64,000 nt of DNA from an uncultured Ignavibacteria bacterium (GTDB lineage Bacteria; Zixibacteria; MSB-5A5; RBG-16-43-9): the NCBI GenBank assembly GCA_964570765.1, contig CAZMZF010000008.1:27301-91300 (forward strand), in the 5' to 3' direction. Under the pieces are notes generated by a model. It saw only the letters and a list, made by a program, of their open reading frames with translations. It ran no database searches and was not told where the DNA came from. Every line of letters begins with the position of its first letter. Within the stretch, counting starts at the first letter, position 1. Below, in pieces: positions 9,714 to 19,052 of this stretch. A program made the position numbers and the translations under genes.

Positions 9714-11170
9714 GAAGGCAGATTAATTTCTTCATGATAGTATCTTTTATATTTTTTCTACGCTCTTTTTCATCTGCTGATACAATTACTATAGATAAAG
9801 GGGGAGAAAAATATCAGTTAGAGAGTCTAGAGATAGAAGGGTATCAATATATCGCTCTCCCAGATTTAAAGAAAATCTATGGAGGGGAGCTTTTCTGGGA
9901 GCCACTGGGGAAAAAAGCAATGTGGGAGGTAAAAGAACATCAATTTAAATTCACCCTTTTCTCGCCTTACATCCTGTTAGATGAGGAAGCTTACAATCTG
10001 ACCTTGCCAATTGAATTAAAACAGGGTAAAGTTTATCTTCCTTTTAAAACTTTCTGGGCTGTTTTAGAATCGATTGAACCTCCAGAAGAGGTGGTAAAAA
10101 AAAGAGATTATAATATTTATGATCTAAAAGTTAGCCAGAAGATGAACGGATTTCTCATAGAGATAAATCTTTCCGAACCTCTTAGTTATGAGGTTTTTAA
10201 AAGCGAGAACAACTGGCTCATTATAAATTTCTTTGAAGGAAAGATAGACACCATATATTTCTCAAAATTGAATATAGCGGATGTGATTTTAGAAAGTAAA
10301 GCCTATCAATTTCAGGGATCAGCCCAGCTCTCTTTAAAATTTTACAAAGAATTTCCTCGAGAAAATCACTTTATCAAATCCACCCCAGATGGACTTTTTC
10401 GCCTACAGATAACTTTAGAGGACACAACTCAGATCCAGTCCCCTGAGGAAAATGAAGAGATAGAAAAAAATCAAATCGATGTTATCATAATAGACCCGGG
10501 GCATGGCGGGCAGAATTCTGGAGCAGTTGGCTCTAAGGGTTTAAAGGAAAAGAATGTAGTTTTGGATATCGCTCTGAGACTGGAAAAGCTTTTGAAAGAG
10601 GAAGGGAAGGAAGGTTTAAAAGTATATCTTACCAGAAGAGGCGATTATTTCGTTCCTTTAGAACAGAGGTCCTTGTTCGCCAATCAAAAAGGAGGGGATC
10701 TATTTGTAAGCATTCATGCCAACGCAGCTAAAAGGAAAAAAGCATCAGGCACTGAAGTATATTTCTTAGCCCAGGCGAATAATGATGAAGCCCGGGCAGT
10801 AGCAGCTTTAGAGAATTCAGCTATTCTGTTTGAACGCCCGGAAGGAACTCAAGTAGATACCTCAGAGCTTGATTTCATATTGATGGATATGCTCCAGACA
10901 GAGTTTCTAAAGGAATCCAGCGAGTTAGCTCAGATGATTCATGATCGGATGAAAGAATCTTTAAATATACCAAGCCGGGGAGTGGATCAGGCAGGTTTTT
11001 TTGTGTTGAACAAAACTTATATGCCTTCGGTTTTAGTGGAGACTGCTTTTATCTCCAACCCGGAGGAAGAAAAGCTTTTAAATAAAGGCACTTTCAGACA
11101 GAAGATAGCTGAGGCAATCTATCAGGCGATTCTGGATTTCAAAAATAAATACGAGGTTAAAGAAAAATGA
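9710..11170 (+). CDS. N-acetylmuramoyl-L-alanine amidase (Amidase_3) with N-terminal accessory/AMIN-like domains
   Basis: Signal peptide; [35 protein letters not shown]. Confidence 0.93.
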   Translation: MRRQINFFMIVSFIFFLRSFSSADTITIDKGGEKYQLESLEIEGYQYIALPDLKKIYGGELFWEPLGKKAMWEVKEHQFKFTLFSPYILLDEEAYNLTLPIELKQGKVYLPFKTFWAVLESIEPPEEVVKKRDYNIYDLKVSQKMNGFLIEINLSEPLSYEVFKSENNWLIINFFEGKIDTIYFSKLNIADVILESKAYQFQGSAQLSLKFYKEFPRENHFIKSTPDGLFRLQITLEDTTQIQSPEENEEIEKNQIDVIIIDPGHGGQNSGAVGSKGLKEKNVVLDIALRLEKLLKEEGKEGLKVYLTRRGDYFVPLEQRSLFANQKGGDLFVSIHANAAKRKKASGTEVYFLAQANNDEARAVAALENSAILFERPEGTQVDTSELDFILMDMLQTEFLKESSELAQMIHDRMKESLNIPSRGVDQAGFFVLNKTYMPSVLVETAFISNPEEEKLLNKGTFRQKIAEAIYQAILDFKNKYEVKEK

Positions 11171-12042
11171 AGCTTCAAGGGTTCTATAGATCTCCTATTG
11201 TCCAGAATGGATCCAAATGGAGATCCATTCGGGACAAATTCGGAAAAGCTATAGGGATTTTTGATTCAGGCGTTGGTGGTTTGACTGTGGCAAAACAGGT
11301 TTTCAAAAAGCTTCCTTTTGAAGATGTAATCTATTTCGGTGACACTGCCAGAACTCCTTATGGTCCTCGCTCGGCTGAGATAGTGAGGAAATTCTCAGTG
11401 CAGAACATTAGCTTCCTTTCAACTCAGGGAGTAAAATTGATCGTAGTTGCCTGCAACACCGCCTCAGCCGTAGCTTTAGAATATTTAAAGAAGATATTTC
11501 AACTGCCTCTGATGGGAGTGATAATCCCTGGTTCCAAAGCGGCGGTTAAAGCTACTAAAAATGGAAGAGTCGGTGTAATAGGAACAGTGGGGACTATCCG
11601 TTCAGAATCATATACTAAGGCGATTCAGAAAATTGATAAAAAAATAAAGGTATTTGGGTACCCCTGTCCGCTTTTTGTTTCCTTAGCTGAAGAAGGTTAT
11701 ATAGATAAAAAAGCTACTCACCTGATAGCTGAAGAATATTTAGCCCCTTTGAAAAAACAGAAGATCGATACTTTGGTCTTAGGATGTACTCATTATCCTC
11801 TTTTGAAAAAGGTAATATCGAAAGCGATGGGCGATAAAGTTACTTTAATCGATTCGGCTGAGGAGACTGCCTTAGAAGTTAAAAGGACCTTGGAAGAAAA
11901 GAAAATGATAAATATCTCACACTCAGAACCCCAGTATAAATTTTACGTGTCAGATTTCCCGGAAAAATTTGTTCAGATAAGCGAAAGATTTTTGGGGGAG
12001 AAGGTGAGAGAGGTAAAGAAGATAGATATTAATAAATATTAA
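11167..12042 (+). CDS. murI: Glutamate racemase with a repeat-derived N-terminal extension
   Basis: IGIFDSGVGGLTV, ACNTAS, LGCTHYP; ATGA overlap with the amidase stop codon. Confidence 0.95.
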   Translation: MKLQGFYRSPIVQNGSKWRSIRDKFGKAIGIFDSGVGGLTVAKQVFKKLPFEDVIYFGDTARTPYGPRSAEIVRKFSVQNISFLSTQGVKLIVVACNTASAVALEYLKKIFQLPLMGVIIPGSKAAVKATKNGRVGVIGTVGTIRSESYTKAIQKIDKKIKVFGYPCPLFVSLAEEGYIDKKATHLIAEEYLAPLKKQKIDTLVLGCTHYPLLKKVISKAMGDKVTLIDSAEETALEVKRTLEEKKMINISHSEPQYKFYVSDFPEKFVQISERFLGEKVREVKKIDINKY

Positions 12043-12046
12043 AAAA

Positions 12047-12136
12047 ACGTGACCGTTATACGTGAGCGTTATTCGTGGTAACATTTAATCGGTCATTGCG
12101 AGGGGTTGTAGGGGCGACCCGGCGGGTCGCCCCTAC
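12047..12136. repeat. Degenerate heptamer array plus perfect GTAG REP
   Basis: cgtgaccgttatacgtgagcgttattcgtg, then gtaggggcgacccggcgggtcgcccctac (12108-12136). Confidence 0.75.
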
Positions 12137-12185
12137 AAATAAATCACATATCTGTCAGAGCCCCTAACCCCAGGGGGAAAAGCCT

Positions 12186-12791
12186 ATGATGAAACTGATC
12201 TTAGCTACCCGCAATCAACATAAGATAAAAGAGATTAAAAAGATTTTAGCAGACTCACAAATAGAGATTCTGACCTTAGAAGATTTTCCAGATGTGCCTG
12301 AAGTTGAGGAGACAGGAAAGACTTTAGAAGAGAATGCTGTTCTGAAAGCTAAAGCGGTTTATAATGCAACTGGAATACCTGCTTTAGCAGATGACTCTGG
12401 CTTGGAAGTCGATGTTCTGGATGGTACACCTGGGGTTATGTCTGCCAGGTTTGCTGGTCCGGGATGTAGTTATAAAGATAATAATCTGAAACTCTTAAGC
12501 TTGCTGAAAGGAATCCCGGAAGAAAAGAGAGAGGCGACTTTCAGATGTGTGGTGGCTATAGCTTTAAATCGAGATGAGGTCAGGATAGTAGAAGGTAAGG
12601 TGGGAGGATTTATCACTCATAAAGAGATTGGAGAAAACGGTTTTGGGTATGACCCGGTTTTCTTTTATCCAGAGTTAGGTAAGACCTTTGCCCAGTCTGA
12701 GCCAGAGGAAAAGAATAGAATCAGCCACAGGGGGATTGCTTTTAGAAAAGCGAAGGAATTAATAAAAAAGATAATGTCGGATAACGAATGA
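12186..12791 (+). CDS. rdgB: Non-canonical purine NTP pyrophosphatase (RdgB/HAM1)
   Basis: ATRNQHKIKEI, ADDSGL, FGYDPVF, KNRISHRG. Confidence 0.95.
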   Translation: MMKLILATRNQHKIKEIKKILADSQIEILTLEDFPDVPEVEETGKTLEENAVLKAKAVYNATGIPALADDSGLEVDVLDGTPGVMSARFAGPGCSYKDNNLKLLSLLKGIPEEKREATFRCVVAIALNRDEVRIVEGKVGGFITHKEIGENGFGYDPVFFYPELGKTFAQSEPEEKNRISHRGIAFRKAKELIKKIMSDNE

Positions 12792-12964
12792 CGGATAAAA
12801 AATTCGCGTAGGGGTGGAGCTTGTCTCCACCCGAACCCACTTTTTTTGATTGACTAAAGGTTAAAAAAGGGTATATTTATAGAATGAGGGGATCCGCCAG
12901 AGGCGGATTAAATTAAGTATCCGAGGGAAAAAGTCGATTTTCTTAATAAAAAAAGGAGAAGATT

Positions 12965-15820
12965 ATGAAAAAGATTAACATTATCCAAAGAATCCAACTT
13001 CGGATTATTTTCTCTGTCTTTCTCTGGATACTATTTTCCTTTTCAGCTATCTGGTCAAACGGGATTAACAAAACATCTTTTTACCAAGCTCTTTTAGAGG
13101 AAAGGGCAAATTTGGGTAGCTCTGGATACACTTCTCAAGAAATTTTACAACAGAGGTTGAGTAAAGATGATTTTCTGGTCAGGTGGTCTAACTTTTTATC
13201 CGGAAATCATTTTTCACCTTCGCTTAAAGCTTCCTATCTGTTAGGGGATTTCAGAGTAAATGAGGAGAATTATCCAGCAACCTTTTCTCAGAGAAGACCA
13301 GATTTGGCTTTGTTTAAAGATGGCAGTTTTGTCTCGGTCTGGGAGGATGAGAGGAATGGGGATAAGGATATATTCTGTCAGAAAGTTAACTCCACAGGTG
13401 GAATAACAGAGTCAAATCTTAAATTAATTCAGGATGATATTCACACTGATCAGTTAGAACCATCCATCTGCAGGACTTTAGATAGTAACCTGGTTCTGGT
13501 ATGGGTAGATGGGGCTGAGCTGAATATCTACGGAAAGAGATTTTCTCCTGACCTTTCACCTTCTGGGGATACGTTTAGGGTAAACGACAGTATGATTCCA
13601 AATAGTGCCTGGGAGCCAGAGGTTGAATCTTTTATTGATGGAAGTTTTCTGGTGATATGGGTGGATATTAGCTCCGGGAATAACTTATATGCCAGAAGAT
13701 ATGACTCCTCCGGGAACCCCTGGGGTCCCAGTTTTAAAGTTAATACTATAGAAGGGATTGCACCTCCTAAATCACCTTCAGCCTCTTTTGATAAGAACGG
13801 CAGATTCGTGATTGGCTGGGAGGATTACAGGAATTTAGATGCGGATATATATTTTCAGAGGTACGATTCTTCAGGCACACCTTCAGGTACCAATGTCTTA
13901 GCTAATATAGATTCGTTGAGCGAGGATCAATATTACTCTTCAGTAACTAAAATATCGAAGGGCGATTTTATGGTAACCTGGGTGGATACCAGGGGTGGTA
14001 AAGTAGATATCTATGATCGACTGTTTGACTCTTCTGGAAATCCTAAAACATCTCGAGTTAAAGTTAATTCAGATAACGTCTCAGCAGAACACTGGGAGCC
14101 TGTTATAGACTCAGATTCTAATGGGAACTATCTGATTGCTTGGGGGGATAACAGGAATGAACCCTCGATTTACTATCAGAAATTTGATTCTGCTGGCACA
14201 CAGGTTGGAACAAATGTAAAGCTAAGTCAGGACGGAGTCTCTGGATTTAAAGATAATCCTGCTTTATCTGTTAAGGAAAATGGCGATTTTGATGTGGTCT
14301 GGAGCGACCACAGAGGTAAAAGCTATGATATCTATTCTCAGAAAGTTGTAGGTGGTATTCTTTCCGGGACAAATTTTAGGCTGAATGATGATTTAGAAGG
14401 AGCTATACAGAAAGAACCGGCCATAACTGAAGATTTAGATAAGAATTTTATCATAACCTGGACTGACCAAAGGAATGGAAGCGATGATATCTATATTAAG
14501 AAGTTCACCCGTTTTGGGGATTTAATCTTCTCTGATCGGAGAGTGGATACAAATACTTTCTCCTCTCCCTGTGCTCAATCGGATTTAGCTATAGATGGTT
14601 CCAGGAATATTATGGTGGTCTGGCAGGATTCAAGAGATGGTTTGAATATATATGCACAGAGATACGATCCCTCTGGCACTCCATTAGATACAAATTTTAA
14701 AGTGAATAACTCCACTGGTACCATTCTGCACAATTCTCCTGCCTGTGCTAAAGCTTATGATGGGAAAGCGGTGGTGGTCTGGTCTGCTGCTCTATCCGGG
14801 ATCAAGAATATTTACGCTCAGCGTCTTGACAGTTCTGGGATACTGGTAGATACAAGTTTTAAAGTAAACGATGACCTGCAGGCTGTAGATCATTTAAGTC
14901 CAAAGGTGGGAATAGACAGCGCCGGGAATTTCACAATTGCCTGGTATGACCGGAGAGATTCAGAAGAGAGAATTTATTTACAAAGGTACAATTCTTCCGG
15001 TGGTAAAATCGGGTCCAACCTTGCATCTTTTTGTGATTCCTTAAATCCTGTTCAGAGAGAATTCGATTTAGCTTTGAACAGTAAGGGAAATATGGCGCTT
15101 ACCTGGACTCAATTAGATGGAGATAAGATTAATCTTTATGCTCAAAGGTATTCGAGCTCAGGTTCTCCTTCAGGTAATAATTTTCTGGTTAATGACATCT
15201 CCGGGATCCCTGAAGCCCCTTCGGTATCAATAGATGATGATACCTTTTTTGTTGTCGTATGGACAGATTATCGTGCAGGTAATCCTGATATCTATTATCA
15301 AGTCTATTATTTTAACGAAGGAGTTCCCCTGGGAGCAAATTCAATTCTGAGCACTGATTTGACAAATGCTCTCAATTTTGATCCAGATGTAGCCCTTTCT
15401 CCACCTAACATTTACACTGCCTGGATGGATAACCGGATTTCGGGTTCCGGGTTTGATATCTATTCTAATACTATCAAATACAGACAGACTAAGGTCGAAG
15501 AGGAGGAAGTTACCCATCCGGTTGCCTTTGACTTAGGACAAAATTATCCAAATCCGTTCAACCCCTCTACCGCCATTTCCTTCCGAGCTGGGAGCTTGGA
15601 GCAAGGAGCTGGAAGACCCATCCACACCACCCTAACTATTTATAATATACTGGGGGAGAAGGTGAAGACTTTAGTGGATGATAAAAGGGAGCCGGGGAAT
15701 TATCAGGTGATCTGGGATGGAAAGGATGAGACAGGTAAAGAAGCAGCAAGCGGGATTTATTTTTATAGATTGAAAGTTGGAGAGAACTCTATTTCAAAAA
15801 GGATGGTGCTTTTAAGGTAA
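12965..15820 (+). CDS. Secreted 14-repeat beta-propeller protein with FlgD-Ig/T9SS-like C-terminal domain
   Basis: 14 repeats of P-x-(V/I)..G-x-F-hh-W-x-D-x-R-x-G..DIY-x-Q-R; C-terminus QNYPNPFNP..IYNILG..WDGKD..ASGIYFYRL..KRMVLLR. Confidence 0.8.
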   Translation: MKKINIIQRIQLRIIFSVFLWILFSFSAIWSNGINKTSFYQALLEERANLGSSGYTSQEILQQRLSKDDFLVRWSNFLSGNHFSPSLKASYLLGDFRVNEENYPATFSQRRPDLALFKDGSFVSVWEDERNGDKDIFCQKVNSTGGITESNLKLIQDDIHTDQLEPSICRTLDSNLVLVWVDGAELNIYGKRFSPDLSPSGDTFRVNDSMIPNSAWEPEVESFIDGSFLVIWVDISSGNNLYARRYDSSGNPWGPSFKVNTIEGIAPPKSPSASFDKNGRFVIGWEDYRNLDADIYFQRYDSSGTPSGTNVLANIDSLSEDQYYSSVTKISKGDFMVTWVDTRGGKVDIYDRLFDSSGNPKTSRVKVNSDNVSAEHWEPVIDSDSNGNYLIAWGDNRNEPSIYYQKFDSAGTQVGTNVKLSQDGVSGFKDNPALSVKENGDFDVVWSDHRGKSYDIYSQKVVGGILSGTNFRLNDDLEGAIQKEPAITEDLDKNFIITWTDQRNGSDDIYIKKFTRFGDLIFSDRRVDTNTFSSPCAQSDLAIDGSRNIMVVWQDSRDGLNIYAQRYDPSGTPLDTNFKVNNSTGTILHNSPACAKAYDGKAVVVWSAALSGIKNIYAQRLDSSGILVDTSFKVNDDLQAVDHLSPKVGIDSAGNFTIAWYDRRDSEERIYLQRYNSSGGKIGSNLASFCDSLNPVQREFDLALNSKGNMALTWTQLDGDKINLYAQRYSSSGSPSGNNFLVNDISGIPEAPSVSIDDDTFFVVVWTDYRAGNPDIYYQVYYFNEGVPLGANSILSTDLTNALNFDPDVALSPPNIYTAWMDNRISGSGFDIYSNTIKYRQTKVEEEEVTHPVAFDLGQNYPNPFNPSTAISFRAGSLEQGAGRPIHTTLTIYNILGEKVKTLVDDKREPGNYQVIWDGKDETGKEAASGIYFYRLKVGENSISKRMVLLR

Positions 15821-15837
15821 GATAAATTTCTTGCTCT

Positions 15838-16022
15838 GTAGGGGCTGGGTTTCCCAGCCCAAAAATTAGGACGAGGAGACCTCGCTCCTACAACAAATAT
15901 CAGTATACCCACGTTGCCCCCAACGTGGGTATAATCTCTCCCGCCTTGAGATTTGTAGAGACGCATGGCAATGCGTCTCTACGTATTTGAATTTTACTAA
16001 CGGGAGAAGTTCTCAGCCCGTT
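15838..16022. repeat. Cluster of about 5 REP-like hairpins
   Basis: gtaggggctgggtttcccagccc, gaggagacctcgctcctac, atacccacgttgccccaacgtgggtat, gtagagacgcatggcaatgcgtctctac. Confidence 0.8.
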
Positions 16023-16257
16023 TTTTTACCTCATAATGATAACATTCTAAGGAGAGCGGAGAAATATTCTACTTTTCTCCTTACAAGTTTTAAATTTGTA
16101 ATCTTAACCTATTAGTTTAAAAAAGTCCTAAAACACTAAAAATAACAACAACTTATCTAATTCTATAAATTTTTCCCCTTGACATATCTGGCTTTATAGT
16201 TATTATAAGATTGCGGTTATAAAGAATTGCTTTCTCTTCATCTAAAAAGGAGGAAAC

Positions 16258-17877
16258 TTGAGATTTACGAAATTAAATTTGTGTTTTTTCTTTATCTCAA
16301 ATTTATTCTTATTCCTTTTTTCTTTTGAGTCCATTTCTGCAGTCATCCCTCTGGAAACTTCCCCTTCCTGGCGTTCGACTGAAACTAATGTATATTCTAC
16401 AGGTGCGGTTTTTGGAGATATGGATGGAAATGGCTTTTTAGATTTAGTAGTCTCAAATGGTAACGATATGATTAAGGCTCCGAATTTCGTTTATTTCAAT
16501 TATAATGGCAGATTAGATACTACTGCAGGCTGGGTCTCGGTTAATTCCGAATTCTCCGGTCACTGTGCTTTGGGGGATATTGATAAAGATGGTTATCTGG
16601 AACTGGCAGTTTCAAACTATACTGAAAATAGCTGGAAGAAAACAGTGGTGCAGCTCTATGATAATATCAATGGCTCACTTACTGCTTCTCCTGTCTGGTC
16701 CTCTTCTGATTCAATGCACACTTTCTCCTGTGCTTTCGGTGATGTGGATAGGGATGGGGATTTAGATTTAGCAGTTGCCTGCGGTGAGGCTTATAATAAC
16801 TTTTATGAGCATAATAGAATTTATTATAATCAAAATGGAATTTTAGAAACTACCCCCTCCTGGATCTCCGGGGATTCTGGGTACTGTTACGACGTGGAAT
16901 GGGGAGACGTGGATAATGATGGCGATCTGGATTTAGCTTTTATCTCTTCTGGAGGGCAGATAAGAGTTTATAAAAATTATGGTGATTCCATTGAAACTTT
17001 CCCTTCCTGGAAGTCGAAAAATTCAGATAACGGGAATAGTTTAGCCTGGGGCGATTTGAACAACGATGGTTATTTAGATTTAGCAGTGGCTAATAATACT
17101 CAGTTGAGCGGAAAAGGATATTTTGAAGTCTATCTGAATTATTCCGGAGTTTTAGATACACTTCCTTTCTGGACCTCTTCCACCAGAGGTTATGGTTCTG
17201 CAGTTTCCTTTTGCGATGTGGATAACGATGGAGATAAAGATTTAGCTGCCGGGAGATGGTGGGGTTATTCAATGGTCTATGAAAATACAGGTGGTAATCT
17301 CACAACAGCTCCTGCCTGGAGCTGTACTTCTTCCTATCAAAGTGTAGTGGAGGAGATGGTCTGGGCAGATTTAGATGGGGATGGGTTGATAAAGATTAAA
17401 AATGAAGCTCACTCAGCAGATGGGATAAAAAAAGTTTATTATTTGAGCCATTATCCCGCTCATAAATTAGATCGGATTATAGCAGATGAAGATACTTTGA
17501 CTATAGGTGACTATTGTAATAGTTTAGTCTCTGGCTGGGTCTCTTTTAAAAATCCTCCTTTTTCTCAGGTCTTATTTGATTATAAGTTTTCTTTGAAACA
17601 GGATTTAGCAGCTAGTAACTGGGACCGGGAGAATTACTGTTTTTATAATTTGAATCAAATCTATTTGAATGGAGATGCAAATCAGGATCAAAAGGTTTCC
17701 GTCTCAGATGTGGTATATCTGATTAATTATCTTTTAAAAGGAGGACCGGAGCCTTATTTTTTAGGCAGCGGGGATGTGACCCGCGACTGTCAAATCAACA
17801 TCAATGACGTTATTTATCTGATCAATTATCTTTTTAAAAGTGGACCTGCACCTTTAACTGGATGCGTAAAAGCATAA
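16258..17877 (+). CDS. Secreted FG-GAP/VCBS-repeat protein with C-terminal dockerin
   Basis: TTG start after AAGGAGG; signal peptide; repeated GDxDxDGxLDLAV; tandem GDANQDQKVSVSDVVYLINYLLKGGP / GDVTRDCQININDVIYLINYLF. Confidence 0.88.
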   Translation: MRFTKLNLCFFFISNLFLFLFSFESISAVIPLETSPSWRSTETNVYSTGAVFGDMDGNGFLDLVVSNGNDMIKAPNFVYFNYNGRLDTTAGWVSVNSEFSGHCALGDIDKDGYLELAVSNYTENSWKKTVVQLYDNINGSLTASPVWSSSDSMHTFSCAFGDVDRDGDLDLAVACGEAYNNFYEHNRIYYNQNGILETTPSWISGDSGYCYDVEWGDVDNDGDLDLAFISSGGQIRVYKNYGDSIETFPSWKSKNSDNGNSLAWGDLNNDGYLDLAVANNTQLSGKGYFEVYLNYSGVLDTLPFWTSSTRGYGSAVSFCDVDNDGDKDLAAGRWWGYSMVYENTGGNLTTAPAWSCTSSYQSVVEEMVWADLDGDGLIKIKNEAHSADGIKKVYYLSHYPAHKLDRIIADEDTLTIGDYCNSLVSGWVSFKNPPFSQVLFDYKFSLKQDLAASNWDRENYCFYNLNQIYLNGDANQDQKVSVSDVVYLINYLLKGGPEPYFLGSGDVTRDCQININDVIYLINYLFKSGPAPLTGCVKA

Positions 17878-17944
17878 CATCAGATCCTGTATTAGAATTC
17901 AGGTTATGAGAATTGAAATAATAAACACTCAATACCAAAAAATT

Positions 17945-18152
17945 GTAGAGACGCATTGCATGCGTCTATATCTTTTGTAGCGTCGGGCTTTATGCCCGAC
18001 ATTTAATTCTTACATTGGGACAGGCTCCCGCATTCTGCGAGGCAAGCAGGGTCGTACTACGAAATAAAATGGTTCGGGAAATCCAATTCCCGAACCAACA
18101 AAAAAAGGGCGTGCTACGAATCTGAAACAGACAGGAATGTCTGTTTTACCGC
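17945..18152. repeat. Cluster of REP-like hairpins, one with a 22-bp insert
   Basis: gtagagacgcattgcatgcgtc, gtagcgtcgggctttatgcccgac, [tcccgcattctgcgaggcaagc]agggtcgtactac, ggttcgggaaatccaattcccgaacc, aacagacaggaatgtctgttttac. Confidence 0.75.
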
Positions 18153-18192
18153 TTTTAGATAAGAAATGCTAAGGGGCACGGTCCGCCTCAAG

Positions 18193-18751
18193 CGTAGTTT
18201 TTCAGTATTTCGGTAACGGTTTTTCTAGTATACTAAACTAGAAAGGAGGCCGTTACAGATGATAAAATCTATAAAATTAGGATTGACATCCAAGTGGCTG
18301 TTAGTAGTTCAAGAGTATGAGCTGGTTAGGCAGAAGAGATCGAAGAATTTCAAGACGGTAGAGCAGATCTGCCAGGCATATAAAGTTCATCGCAAAGACA
18401 TTAGAAAGTATTATGAGCGATGGATTAAGTCCGGTAAGGATATGGAAGCACTTCTACCTCAAAAAAGAGGGCCTAAACCAGGGCAATTAAAGACCCTTAC
18501 TAATGATGAAGAAAGGACGATTGTCAAGATTCAACGTCGTTTACCGGCAAATGGCAAGATTGAAAGGTTCTGGAAGATATTATATGATGAGTGTACAAGG
18601 CTACAAACTATTACTCTTTCAAAGGAGGATTTTATAGCTGAATTAAACGGTTTTATGTATCGTTATAATTATCTAAGAAAATATGGAGGATTAAATTATC
18701 TTACACCTCTTAACAAACTTAAATCTGTTACCGAAATTATGAAGTAGTACA
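18193..18751 (+). mobile_element. Internally deleted IS481-family element with both terminal inverted repeats
   Basis: IRL cgtagtttttcagtatttcggtaacgg versus IRR (reverse complement) tgtactacttcataatttcggtaacag. The 162-aa ORF 18259..18747 fuses an HTH N-terminus directly to the ANGKIERFWK..YNY C-terminal end; the first two DDE residues are missing. Confidence 0.8.
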
Positions 18752-19052
18752 CTTTGGCGGATAGAGGTGCATAAATATCTGGATGGCTCGGTCAGCATCT
18801 TTTATCAAGGTAAAAAACTAAAACATAAACCCATACTAAAGGAAAGAACCAAACTTAAACTAAACGAGCTTATAACCATAAATTATCTCAAGACTCAAAT
18901 TCGAGCTGACATTTTGAATTTGCATTGACATTTAAGATTTAATCCTTGACAAAAGGTATAAGGGGTATTAACGTATTAATTTAGACCGATATTAATAGTG
19001 TAAAAAGTCGGGAAAAGCACTACGGCCCGTAGGGAAGAAAGGTGGATGATAA

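Noticed and set aside
18960-19052. TPP riboswitch upstream of thiC
   Set aside because: Only the 3' cgtagggaag matches; the CUGAGA and P4/P5 cores are not found.
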